Assembly (NCBI GenBank): GCA_031362725.1
Contig: JANLTC010000243.1
Span: forward strand, 16,466-80,465
Length of the DNA stretch: 64,000 bases
Direction of reading: 5' to 3'
Origin: Deltaproteobacteria bacterium
GTDB taxonomy: Bacteria > Myxococcota_A > UBA9160 > PR03
Both the position numbers and the translations under genes were made by a program. Below the pieces are notes generated by a model. That model had not been told where the DNA came from. It was given only the letters and a program-made list of their open reading frames with translations, and made no database searches. Shown piece by piece: positions 47,185 through 55,910 of the stretch; the first letter of the stretch is position 1; the number at the start of each line of letters is the position of its first letter.

Positions 47185-49470
47185 TCAGCGCACGCCGGCG
47201 CTTCGTGACCCGAGCATCGCGAGAGAGAACAGGGCCACGAGCGCCAGAGCCGAAGTGTCGGGCTCGGGTACGAATGAGACGACCGCGTCGTCGTCCTCAG
47301 CTGCCGCGTAGACGTTGCGCCCATCGGGCGACACGGCGATCGCGCGGATTCCTCCGAGCGCGTCGTCGGTGCGGACGTCGTCGACTTCAGCCTGGAGCAG
47401 TCGCACCGAACCGGTCACCGCGTCGCGCCGGAAGATCGCGAGCACGTTGCCGAACTGGCCCGCCACGAAGAGCCGGCTGCCGTCGTGCGAAATCGAAACG
47501 GCGCGCGGACCCTCGAGACCGTCGATCACACCGGCGTTGTGGGTGCGGACGACGCCGCTGCCGAGTGCACCCGTCACCGCGTTGCGCGCGAAGCGAACGA
47601 GACGGTCGCCGCCGAACGCGACGGCGTAGACGAACTTTCCATCGGGGCTGACGGCGACGCCAGTGACGCTGGTCACGCCCGTCGCGACACCCATGTAGGT
47701 GAGTGAGCCGATGTTCGGATCGCGCGAGAAGATCGCGATCTCGTTGTCCCCCTTGCCGCCGACGTAGACGTTCTTGTTGTCGGGACTCACCGCGATCGAC
47801 TCGGCCAGGAAGAGTCCATCGACGCCGCCGATCCCATCGACGTAGTGACCGCCCGCCGAGAGCGTTCCTGTCGTGGTGTTGCGGCCGAAGATCGAGACGG
47901 AGTAGTTGAGGCTCGATGCGACGTAGACGTTCTTGCCGTCGGGCGTGATCGCGAGCGCGACGGGGTTGTTCAGCTGGGTCGCGCCGCCCTCGCCATTCAC
48001 GATCGTGTCGAGGTAGACGAGCTGACCGGATGCATTGCGTGTGAACGAGACCACCGCGTCGGCGATGGAACCCGCGGCGTAGGCGTTCTTGCCGTCCGGG
48101 CTGACGATGACGGAGCGAACGCCGTTGAGACCGGTGATGCTGCCGAGGCCGTCGCGCACCGCCTGGCTCCCGCCCAGCGCGCCGGTCATGGTGTTGCGCG
48201 AGAAGACCTGGATCGCGTCCTCGGCGGCGCCCGTCGCATAGACGTTCTCGCCGTCGGGGCTCACCGTCACGCTCGACGCACCATCGAGTCCGGGCGCCCC
48301 GACGCCGTCCGTGTCGACTTCGAGCACGTCGTAGACGGCGGTCGAGAAGCTCGCGATGCGCGAGGTCGCGCTCTCGGCGCCGGTGAGCGCATAGAGGTGT
48401 CGTCCATCGGGCGCCATCGCGAGTCCGTCGATGCCGGAGAGTCCATCGACGCCCGCGACGCCCTGCTCGAGGGTGCCCTCCATCTGGGAGTTGCCCGCGG
48501 CAAAATCGAAGACCACGAGCTGATTGGATCCGCCGGCGAACACGTGCGAGCCATAGGGCTCGGCGGCCACCTGCACCGGGAAGAACGGCGCGTTCTGCAA
48601 CGAGCCGAAGTTCTGCAGCGCGCCGGTCCCGAGATTGCGATTGAAGTAGCTGAATCGGCCGGGATCGGTGTAGAGGCTGGACTGCCAGCCCTGGCCGAGA
48701 CAGAGGGTCTCGCCGTCGGGCAGGATTTCGAAGGAGCCGGGCGCGAGCACCGCGCCACCGACGTCGCCGAGCCACGTGAGCGAGCCGCCAGCTGGGTTGC
48801 GCGCGAAGAGCGTGATGGCGTCCTCGGGTGACGTCGCGTAGAGGAAGAGCCCGTCGGGACTCAGCTTCAGATCCTGCACGTCGTCGAAATGGCGCGTCCC
48901 CGCATTGTCGAGTTCGGTCTCGATCCGGCTGAGCGCGCCGGTCGCGGCGTCGCGCGAAAACACCGACACACCGCCCGGTGCGACGCTCGCGACGTAGAGG
49001 TGCGCACCGTCGGCGCTGATCGCGAGCCGGCGCGGCGAGCCGAGATTCACGACGCCGCCGATGCCATCCGCCGTCTTGTCGAGATACTCGATGGCGCCCG
49101 TCGCGGCGTCGCGAGAGAAGCGCAGCACGGCGTCGCCGCCACTGGCCGCCCCGTAGACGAAGCGCCCGTCGGGGCTCACCAGCGCGTGTCGGACGTATTG
49201 CCCGATCAGGATCGGGTTGTCGACCTCGACGAAGCTCAGCGCGCCCGTCTCGGGATCGCGCGCGAGCACTTCGATCAAGGCGTAGTAGTCATTGCGCGAC
49301 GCGTAGACGTTGCGCCCATCGGGCGAGAACGCGAGGTGCGCAACGCTCGAGAGGTACGGCACACCGCTCGCCGAGTCGGCGACGCCCTGGTAGGTCAGCT
49401 CGGCGGCATGCGCGCTCGCGACGGCCACGACGATGGCGCAACTCAGCAGGAGAAATCGCGTACGCCTCAT
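47185..49470 (-). CDS. 14-blade beta-propeller (lactonase/YVTN-type repeats) PEP-CTERM protein
   Basis: Trimmed to ATG 49470, with a signal peptide. 14 repeats of the (V/I)SPDG(K/R)xVY(V/A)A type. C-terminal VPEPDTSALALVALFSLAMLGSRSAGVR. Confidence 0.8.
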   Translation of the reverse strand: MRRTRFLLLSCAIVVAVASAHAAELTYQGVADSASGVPYLSSVAHLAFSPDGRNVYASRNDYYALIEVLARDPETGALSFVEVDNPILIGQYVRHALVSPDGRFVYGAASGGDAVLRFSRDAATGAIEYLDKTADGIGGVVNLGSPRRLAISADGAHLYVASVAPGGVSVFSRDAATGALSRIETELDNAGTRHFDDVQDLKLSPDGLFLYATSPEDAITLFARNPAGGSLTWLGDVGGAVLAPGSFEILPDGETLCLGQGWQSSLYTDPGRFSYFNRNLGTGALQNFGSLQNAPFFPVQVAAEPYGSHVFAGGSNQLVVFDFAAGNSQMEGTLEQGVAGVDGLSGIDGLAMAPDGRHLYALTGAESATSRIASFSTAVYDVLEVDTDGVGAPGLDGASSVTVSPDGENVYATGAAEDAIQVFSRNTMTGALGGSQAVRDGLGSITGLNGVRSVIVSPDGKNAYAAGSIADAVVSFTRNASGQLVYLDTIVNGEGGATQLNNPVALAITPDGKNVYVASSLNYSVSIFGRNTTTGTLSAGGHYVDGIGGVDGLFLAESIAVSPDNKNVYVGGKGDNEIAIFSRDPNIGSLTYMGVATGVTSVTGVAVSPDGKFVYAVAFGGDRLVRFARNAVTGALGSGVVRTHNAGVIDGLEGPRAVSISHDGSRLFVAGQFGNVLAIFRRDAVTGSVRLLQAEVDDVRTDDALGGIRAIAVSPDGRNVYAAAEDDDAVVSFVPEPDTSALALVALFSLAMLGSRSAGVR

Positions 49471-50789
49471 GCTCGACCTCGGCGCGCGATCGCAATGAGT
49501 GCGAACAGCGCGGCGGCAGCCGTCGCGACCGCGTCGGGCTCGGGCACGCGCGTCAGCCCCGCGATGCCGTTCCACGCGACGAGCGTTCCGTTCGGTGAGG
49601 TGATCGAAAGCGTCACCGGGTTGCCGGTGGAGGCGTCGAGGTTGCACGCGAAGGCGCCGCTGCAAGAGGCGAGAAGATCGATGCCGGCCTGGACCTCGAT
49701 CCAGCGATTCGTCGGGATCTCCACCGGCAGCGACACCGCCTGCGGAATGATCGAGCCGACGATGTCGTGCGTCTCGGACGGCACGTCGTCGTTGCAGAGC
49801 TCCGCGCTCGGTCCGTCGCTCCAGCCGACATCGGACCGCGCCTCGCGCGCGACGGACTGCGATCCACCCGCCGTACCGGCAACCCACTCGATCGTGCAGA
49901 CCTCTTCTTCTGCCCCTTCCGGGCCGACGAAGCGACAGACCTCCTGTCGCTGGAAGTCGCGAATCCCCATGCCGAAGGTGAACTTCGTCCGCTGCGAGGC
50001 CGTCGGCAGCAGCTGCCCACTGCCCGCCGCGTAGGCGTCGCAGGCATTGAACGCGAGGACGTCGCCGTACGCCTGGGTGATCCATGACATGGGATCGATG
50101 TTCGAAGCGGCGCTCGGCGTATCCAGCGAGACGTCGAAGCTCGCGGTCATCGTGACGGTGGCGGTCGCGCCGGGGCCCGTGACGTAGACCCAGTCCTTCA
50201 GATCGACGCTGGATGTCGCGACGATGACGTGCGAGTAGTACTTGTCCGCGAAGACGCCTCCCTCACGGAAGAAGTCTTGACCGTAATTCGGTGTCGCCAC
50301 ATGGGCTGCGCCATCGAGTGTGCCCGCGACGACGTCGAAGCGCGCCTCCGACTCGCTATCGATCGGGAATTCGAGAAAGCCTTGGCAGACACCGACCTGG
50401 GGACAGGCGCGCGAATAGGGGAATTCGCCGAAGAACTCGGGCGCGCCCCCCTTGAGCAGAACGAAGGGTCGCGTGCCTTCATCGTCGAGCGGTTGGCCTC
50501 CCGTGCCCGCATGCGGGAACATTTCGAGCCGCCCGCCGTCGGCGGCGGCGCCTTGCTGAAAGTCGTCGACCCGCGCGATGCCGTCCGTGAAGATCTCGAC
50601 GTAGCCGCCGGCTGTCAGCGACGTGATGTTCTCGAGGGCGAGTTCCATCGACACGCGCTCGTCCGCGCGGCCCGGCTGGAACGGAGGCGGGGATTGGGCA
50701 GAGGCGCCCATTGCGTACAGGAGCGCGAATGCCAGCAGCGCCGCCGACGGTCGGAACGTCCAGGTCCCCCGGCGCCAGGATCCGATCAC
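49467..50789 (-). CDS. PEP-CTERM secreted protein, unknown function
   Basis: GTG 50789 overlaps the upstream stop (GTGA). The stop overlaps the next ATG (ATGA). Signal peptide present. C-terminal VPEPDAVATAAAALFALIAIARRGRA. Confidence 0.7.
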   Translation of the reverse strand: MIGSWRRGTWTFRPSAALLAFALLYAMGASAQSPPPFQPGRADERVSMELALENITSLTAGGYVEIFTDGIARVDDFQQGAAADGGRLEMFPHAGTGGQPLDDEGTRPFVLLKGGAPEFFGEFPYSRACPQVGVCQGFLEFPIDSESEARFDVVAGTLDGAAHVATPNYGQDFFREGGVFADKYYSHVIVATSSVDLKDWVYVTGPGATATVTMTASFDVSLDTPSAASNIDPMSWITQAYGDVLAFNACDAYAAGSGQLLPTASQRTKFTFGMGIRDFQRQEVCRFVGPEGAEEEVCTIEWVAGTAGGSQSVAREARSDVGWSDGPSAELCNDDVPSETHDIVGSIIPQAVSLPVEIPTNRWIEVQAGIDLLASCSGAFACNLDASTGNPVTLSITSPNGTLVAWNGIAGLTRVPEPDAVATAAAALFALIAIARRGRA

Positions 50790-51676
50790 AGCGTGCTCCC
50801 TGCGATGGTTCGGTGCGAGCAACGAACCGCGTCGCCCCCGTGACGAAAAGCTCCACCTTCGCGAGATCTGTTCTGCTGCGTCGCGCGTTGCCTCGCCAGC
50901 AGCGCGATCGTTCCGAGCGCGGCGACGAGTCCCGCCGAAGCGCCGGGTTCCGGCACGGTGAGGAACGAGTCCGAGAAGAAGACCAAGCCGCCGCCCGTCG
51001 TCTCGATCGACAGCTGACCACTGTTCGAGAACGAACCGCTCGGGATGTCACTGACGACTCCGCCAAAGTCGCCGCTCACCTGGGCGCCCATGTAGACCTC
51101 GCCGAGAAACGGCTGCTTGACCCAGGTGGACGTGATGTGCAGCGCGCCGTCGCCGCCGCCCGCGTTCCAGCTGACGAAGGTGCTGTCGTCGCAGCCGTTC
51201 GTGTTGACCTCGAAGCCGGCGGCCGCGGTACCCACGGAGCGCGAGAGACCGGCGATGCAATTGCCCACCTGGAGCCTGGCGTCGACCTCGATCAATCCAC
51301 CGCCGCCGTCGCCATCGAGGAGCAGCGTCGCCTCGATGACGGTCGGCACCGAATCCAAGACCATCCGCTGCTCGATGAGAGCGACTGCGCGCGAAGCATT
51401 GGGCGCCAGAAAAGTGTCCGTCGTGCCGTTCACCGCGAGAACGCCGCTCGCGCTGTCGGCGAACGCGGAGAGAAGGCGCGAACTCGGGTCCGTGCCCGCG
51501 ACACCATTCTGGTAGACGATGTAGGAGGAGCTGTCGTTCGGGTTGAGGGTGGTGTCTCCGAGCGACGGGCCGATGCTGGCCGACACGCGATGCTTGCTGA
51601 GCGCAGCGGCCGGGCTCGCGTGGAGCCCGATCGCGAGCGCACAGAGGACGCAGATCGCTCGCATTTGGCGCTTCAT
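50786..51676 (-). CDS. PEP-CTERM secreted protein with a 31-aa extension after the sorting signal
   Basis: Signal peptide MKRQMRAICVLCALAIGLHA. VPEPGASAGLVAALGTIALLARQRA encoded at 50882-50956, then 31 more codons. Confidence 0.7.
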   Translation of the reverse strand: MKRQMRAICVLCALAIGLHASPAAALSKHRVSASIGPSLGDTTLNPNDSSSYIVYQNGVAGTDPSSRLLSAFADSASGVLAVNGTTDTFLAPNASRAVALIEQRMVLDSVPTVIEATLLLDGDGGGGLIEVDARLQVGNCIAGLSRSVGTAAAGFEVNTNGCDDSTFVSWNAGGGDGALHITSTWVKQPFLGEVYMGAQVSGDFGGVVSDIPSGSFSNSGQLSIETTGGGLVFFSDSFLTVPEPGASAGLVAALGTIALLARQRATQQNRSREGGAFRHGGDAVRCSHRTIAGSTL

Positions 51677-51687
51677 CGCGATCCTTC

Positions 51688-52041
51688 CTATTCGCCCTTG
51701 TAGGGCGCAACGCCGATCGCGCCGTCACCGCTCGGGGCGTCGCCTAGGTTGCCGGCAGCTCGATCGTCGAGGGCGCGCGGTGCCGTCCGGCGTGAGACGC
51801 TCGAAGGGCGCGCCGAGGCGAGCAGCCGCGTCAGGAAATCGAGCAGCTCCGCCGTCGAGCCGAAGCGCAGCGTCTCGCCGGAGACCACGTGCTCGACTCG
51901 ACCCTGCAAGCGGCGCCGGCTCGCCAGCGGCCCGCTGCGGAACTGCACGACGAATGCGCGTTCGGGCTGCAGCGCCTGGCCAGACGTGCCGCGCTCGGCC
52001 GTGTCGTCGCCTCGTCGATCGTCGGGCGTGTGATCGTTCAT
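51688..52041 (-). CDS. small unknown protein (118 aa) heading the PEP-CTERM operon
   Basis: High GC3 from ATG 52041; the codons upstream to 52119 are AT-rich in the third position. Core FVVQFRSGP..RLQGRVEHVVSGETLRFGSTAELLDFL. Its TAG stop is followed by GAAGGA and the next ATG. Confidence 0.6.
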   Translation of the reverse strand: MNDHTPDDRRGDDTAERGTSGQALQPERAFVVQFRSGPLASRRRLQGRVEHVVSGETLRFGSTAELLDFLTRLLASARPSSVSRRTAPRALDDRAAGNLGDAPSGDGAIGVAPYKGE

Positions 52042-52063
52042 CGCTGGCGGTACGGTACGAGTG

Positions 52064-52116
52064 TCCGGGCCCGGAAGTCCTGACGAAGCAATGAGATTTC
52101 TCTGAGATTGCAATGA
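52064..52116. promoter_or_regulatory. divergent control region: 12-bp palindrome plus 11-bp-phased direct repeats
   Basis: TCCGGGCCCGGA at 52064-52075. TGAGAT at 52092-52097 and 52103-52108. GCAATGA at 52088-52094 and 52110-52116. AT-rich island. Confidence 0.45.
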
Positions 52117-55103
52117 CATCGACCGAGCGTCCGGAGCAGCCCGAAGCGCGCGAGCCGCTGCGGCTCGACCTCGCCAACCAATGGGTGCGGCGCGGCGCGG
52201 AGACGTTGCGCCTGACGCCGAAGGCCTTCGCGGTGCTGCATCTGCTTGCGGAGCGCGCGGGGCAGCTGGTTACCAAGCAGGAGCTGCTCGACGGCGTCTG
52301 GCCGGGCACTGCAGTCGGCGACGGCGTGCTGGCGACCGTCGTGCGCGAGATCCGCAGCGTGCTCGGCGACCCGGCGAGCGAGCCGTGGCTGATCGAGACG
52401 GTGCATCGGCGCGGCTATCGCCTGCTCGAAACGCTCGCCTTCGAAGCGCCGCCGCCGGCTGCCGCCAGCAACGCGGTGGCTGGCGCGCCGCGACTCGCGA
52501 TCGCGCTACCCGCACTCGTCGGGCGCCAGGCCGAGCTCGATCGCCTCGCTGCCTGGTGGGACACCGCTGTGCGTGGCGAGCGCCAGGTGGTCTTCGTCAG
52601 CGGCGAGCCGGGCATCGGCAAGACCGCGCTGGTCGACGCGTTCGTCGGCCACCACGCGCGTACGATCGATGCGTACGTCGGTCGGGGGCAGTGCATCGAG
52701 CAGCACGGCGCGGGCGAGGCGTATCTGCCGGTGTTGGCCGCGCTCGGCGAGCTGTGCCGCGAGCCGGGCGGCGAGCGCCTCGTTGCGCAGCTGCGCAAGC
52801 ACGCGCCCGCCTGGCTCTCCCAGATGCCGGCGGTGCTCGAGAGCCTGACGGCGGAGGAGCAGAGTCGGCTGAACCTCGCGGGAGCGACGCGCGAGCGGAT
52901 GCTGCGCGAGATGACCGAAGCGCTCGAGGCCGCCGCTGCCGACCGCCCCTTCGTGCTGGTGCTCGAGGACCTGCACTGGAGCGACTCGGCGACGCTCGAC
53001 CTCGTCGCGCTGCTCGCGCGCCGCCGCGGCGCGGCGCGGCTGCTCGTGCTCGGCACCTACCGCTCCGCCGAAGTGATCTACCGCGACCATCCTTTGAAGG
53101 GCGTGAAGCACGAACTCCAGCTGCAAGGCCGCTGCGAGGAGCTGGCGCTCGGCTCACTCGACGCGGCGGCGGTCGGCGACTACCTCGGCGCGCGTTTCGG
53201 CGCGGCTTCGAGCGACGACGTGCAGCGCAATCTCGCCCACGCGCTGCACGAGCGGACCGACGGCATCCCGCTCTTCGTCGTGAGCGTCGTCAACGACCTG
53301 GTGACGCGCGGCGCGATCGTCGGTGTAGAGGGAGGTTGGAGTGCGCGGCCGGAGGCGTACGCCGCGGTCGGCGAAATGCCGGCCAGCCTGCGCCAGTTGC
53401 TCGAGCGCCAGCTCGATCAGCTCGGCGCGGCGGAGCGGACACTCGTCGAAGTGGCCTCCGTCGCGGGTCTCGAGTTCTCGGCGGCCGCCCTCGCCGCTGG
53501 GCTCGGAGCCGACCCCGCGGAGGCCGAGGCGAGCTGCGAGACGCTGGCGCGGCGCGAGCAGTGGCTCGCCCCGCGCGGCAGCGTCGAGTGGCCCGACCGC
53601 ACCTTCTCCGCCCGCTACGGATTCGTCCACGCGCTGTACCGCGACGTCGCCTACCGGCGCATTCCCGCAGCGCGGCACGCCCAGCTGCACCTGCGGATCG
53701 GCGAGCGCCTGGAGACCGCCTTCGGCCCGCGCGCCGGCGAAATCGCCACCGAGCTCGCGCTGCACTTCGAGCAGGGGCGCGATCCCGACCGCGCCGCGCG
53801 GTACCTCGAACAGGCCGCCGCGAACGCATTGCGCCGCAGTGCGGCCGCCGAAGCGGTCGGGCTTCTCAGGCACGGGATCGATGTGCTCTCGACGCTGCCC
53901 GACACGCACGAGCGGCAGCAGCGCGAGCTCACGATGCAGAGCGCGCTCGGCGCGGCGCTGACGATCACCGAGGGCTACGTCGCCCCCGCGGTCGAGCGCG
54001 CCTACGCCCGCGCCTGGGAGCTGTGCCAGCAGTTCGAGGATCTCTCGCAGCTGCTACCCGTCGCGGGGTTGTGTCGTCACGCGGTGGTGAAGGGCGAGCA
54101 CCGCAAGGGCGAAGAACTCGCCCAGCGCATGCTCCGCCTCGCGGAACGCGTCGGAGACCGCCGTCTCTTCATGTACGCGCACGGCATGCTGGGCTACGTG
54201 CTCTTCTGGTGCGGCGACTTCGCGAAGGCGCGCACGCATCTCGAGAAGAGCCGCGATCTCTACGACTTCGAGCAGGATCGCTTCCTGCCCTTCGTCTACG
54301 GCGACGACTCGAACGTGGCGGCGCTCGCCTTCCTCGCCTTCATCGACTGGCTCGAAGGCCATGTGGACCGCTCGCTCGAGCGCAGTCGTGAGTCGATCGC
54401 GCTGGCGCGCCAGCTCGACCATCCGTCGGTGCTCACGCTGGCCTTGATGCTCGCCGCCGAGCTGCACCGCCTGCGCGGCGAAGCCGCGTCCACCGACGCG
54501 CTCGCGGCCGAGTCGCTCACCCTCGCGCGCGAGCACGGGCTCTCGCTCTTCGCCGCGGTGAACGGACTGCTGCGCGGCTGGGCGCTGGCCGAGCAGGGCG
54601 AGCTCGCGGGCGGCATCGCGGCGCTGCGCCGCAGTCTCGACGCCTATCGCGCGATCGGCGCCGACTCGGGACTGCCGCAGTACCACGCGATGCTCGCCGA
54701 GGCGCATCGACGGGCCGGCCAGACGGTCGACGGACTCGATGTGGTCGAGCGCGCGCTCGAGATCATGGAGCGCACCGACGAGCGCTGGTGGGAAGCGGAC
54801 CTGCATCGGCTGCGTGGCGAGCTGCTCCTCGCGTCCACGGGCCCCGCAGCCGACGCCGAGGTGTGTTTCCTGCGGTCGATCGAGATCGCCCGCGATCGGC
54901 GGGCGCGATCGCTCGAGCTGCGATCGACGATCAGCGTCGCGCGCCTGTGGCGCGACCAGGGCAGAACGACGGAGGCCCGCCAGATCTTGGCGGCGATCTG
55001 CGACTGTTTCACGGAGGGCCACGGCACCCGCGATCTCGAAGAGGCCGCGGCGCTACTCGCGGAGCTCTCCACGCGCGGCCCGGCTGGATCCCGATCCGCC
55101 TGA
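52113..55103 (+). CDS. OmpR/PhoB-type winged-helix + AAA/STAND ATPase + TPR transcriptional regulator
   Basis: N-terminal wHTH (LTPKAFAVLHLL...IETVHRRGYRL), Walker A GEPGIGKT, Walker B FVLVLEDLHW, and long TPR-like C-terminus. Confidence 0.85.
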   Translation: MTSTERPEQPEAREPLRLDLANQWVRRGAETLRLTPKAFAVLHLLAERAGQLVTKQELLDGVWPGTAVGDGVLATVVREIRSVLGDPASEPWLIETVHRRGYRLLETLAFEAPPPAAASNAVAGAPRLAIALPALVGRQAELDRLAAWWDTAVRGERQVVFVSGEPGIGKTALVDAFVGHHARTIDAYVGRGQCIEQHGAGEAYLPVLAALGELCREPGGERLVAQLRKHAPAWLSQMPAVLESLTAEEQSRLNLAGATRERMLREMTEALEAAAADRPFVLVLEDLHWSDSATLDLVALLARRRGAARLLVLGTYRSAEVIYRDHPLKGVKHELQLQGRCEELALGSLDAAAVGDYLGARFGAASSDDVQRNLAHALHERTDGIPLFVVSVVNDLVTRGAIVGVEGGWSARPEAYAAVGEMPASLRQLLERQLDQLGAAERTLVEVASVAGLEFSAAALAAGLGADPAEAEASCETLARREQWLAPRGSVEWPDRTFSARYGFVHALYRDVAYRRIPAARHAQLHLRIGERLETAFGPRAGEIATELALHFEQGRDPDRAARYLEQAAANALRRSAAAEAVGLLRHGIDVLSTLPDTHERQQRELTMQSALGAALTITEGYVAPAVERAYARAWELCQQFEDLSQLLPVAGLCRHAVVKGEHRKGEELAQRMLRLAERVGDRRLFMYAHGMLGYVLFWCGDFAKARTHLEKSRDLYDFEQDRFLPFVYGDDSNVAALAFLAFIDWLEGHVDRSLERSRESIALARQLDHPSVLTLALMLAAELHRLRGEAASTDALAAESLTLAREHGLSLFAAVNGLLRGWALAEQGELAGGIAALRRSLDAYRAIGADSGLPQYHAMLAEAHRRAGQTVDGLDVVERALEIMERTDERWWEADLHRLRGELLLASTGPAADAEVCFLRSIEIARDRRARSLELRSTISVARLWRDQGRTTEARQILAAICDCFTEGHGTRDLEEAAALLAELSTRGPAGSRSA

Positions 55104-55426
55104 TCGCAAGCTCCGGACTCGACACCTCGAAGTGGCCCGGCGGCTCGACAGCCAGTTGTTTCAACTCGCCGTCGCCGCTGCCGGTCCCGCGGCGATCGAC
55201 GGATCGACTGCCGGGGGGACGGACCGAGTGGAAGGGCACTTGACGTCCCGAGGAACGAGCTTCGTTGCCGCGGGAGACGACGACCTCTTCCGCGTCGATT
55301 GGCTTCGATCTCGGAGGCCGGATCCGCTACCGGATGGGGACGCGCAGGATCTTCGCAATCCGAACACACGGCGAAAGGGAGACAGCCCCAATGGAACGAA
55401 CCGGTCGGTGCAGGGATCTGCGGACG

Positions 55427-55861
55427 ATGGGAGCGCGGCGGATCCCGCGCTGCGCATCCCTGCTGCTGCTCGGCTCCGTGCTGGCGGCAGGCCTGCTCGG
55501 CTGTTCCCGCGCCGAGCCCATCGCGGAGGCGAACTACGCCACCGCGATCGTCGGCAAGTGGCAAGGCAGCGTGGGCGACGTGAAGGAGACGATCTCGCTG
55601 CGCGCCGACGGCGGATTCAGCGCGCAGCTGCGTGAGCGCGGCTTCATCAGCAACACGCTCTCGCAAGGCGTCACTGGCACGATCGGCGGGACGTGGGCGA
55701 TCGCCGGGAAGGTGATCACACTGACGATCACCAGCGCCGAGGATGCGCGCGCAGCGAACGGCGCGACGCCCAGCACGATCGTCGCGATGAGCGCGGACGA
55801 ACTCTCGCTGCGCAGCGAAAGCGGAGAAACCTCGGTGTTTCGGCGCGCGGCCCCGCTCTAG
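55427..55861 (+). CDS. small lipoprotein, unknown function
   Basis: Lipobox AAGLLGC. ATG 55427 preferred; ATG 55391 is possible. Confidence 0.6.
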   Translation: MGARRIPRCASLLLLGSVLAAGLLGCSRAEPIAEANYATAIVGKWQGSVGDVKETISLRADGGFSAQLRERGFISNTLSQGVTGTIGGTWAIAGKVITLTITSAEDARAANGATPSTIVAMSADELSLRSESGETSVFRRAAPL

Positions 55862-55908
55862 CGCTCCCGCGTAGCGAGCCAACGGCGAGCGGCGACATTC
55901 ATGAGGCC
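55861..55908 (+). repeat. dispersed repeat copy F
   Basis: GCGCTCCCGCGTAGCGAGCCAACGGCGAGCGGCGACATTCATGAGGCC fills the spacer between two convergent stops. Confidence 0.7.
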
Positions 55909-55910
55909 GG

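Noticed and set aside
52042-52119. Longer version of the small ORF starting at ATG 52119 (143 aa)
   Set aside because: The extra 26 codons have A/T-rich wobble positions, unlike all real genes here. They would also overlap the regulator's start and the predicted operator region.
52113-55103. STAND ATPase as an antiphage Avs/NLR-like defence protein
   Set aside because: The N-terminal effector position is occupied by an OmpR/PhoB DNA-binding domain, not a nuclease, protease or TIR domain. The neighbours are not defence or mobile genes. A transcriptional role is more parsimonious.
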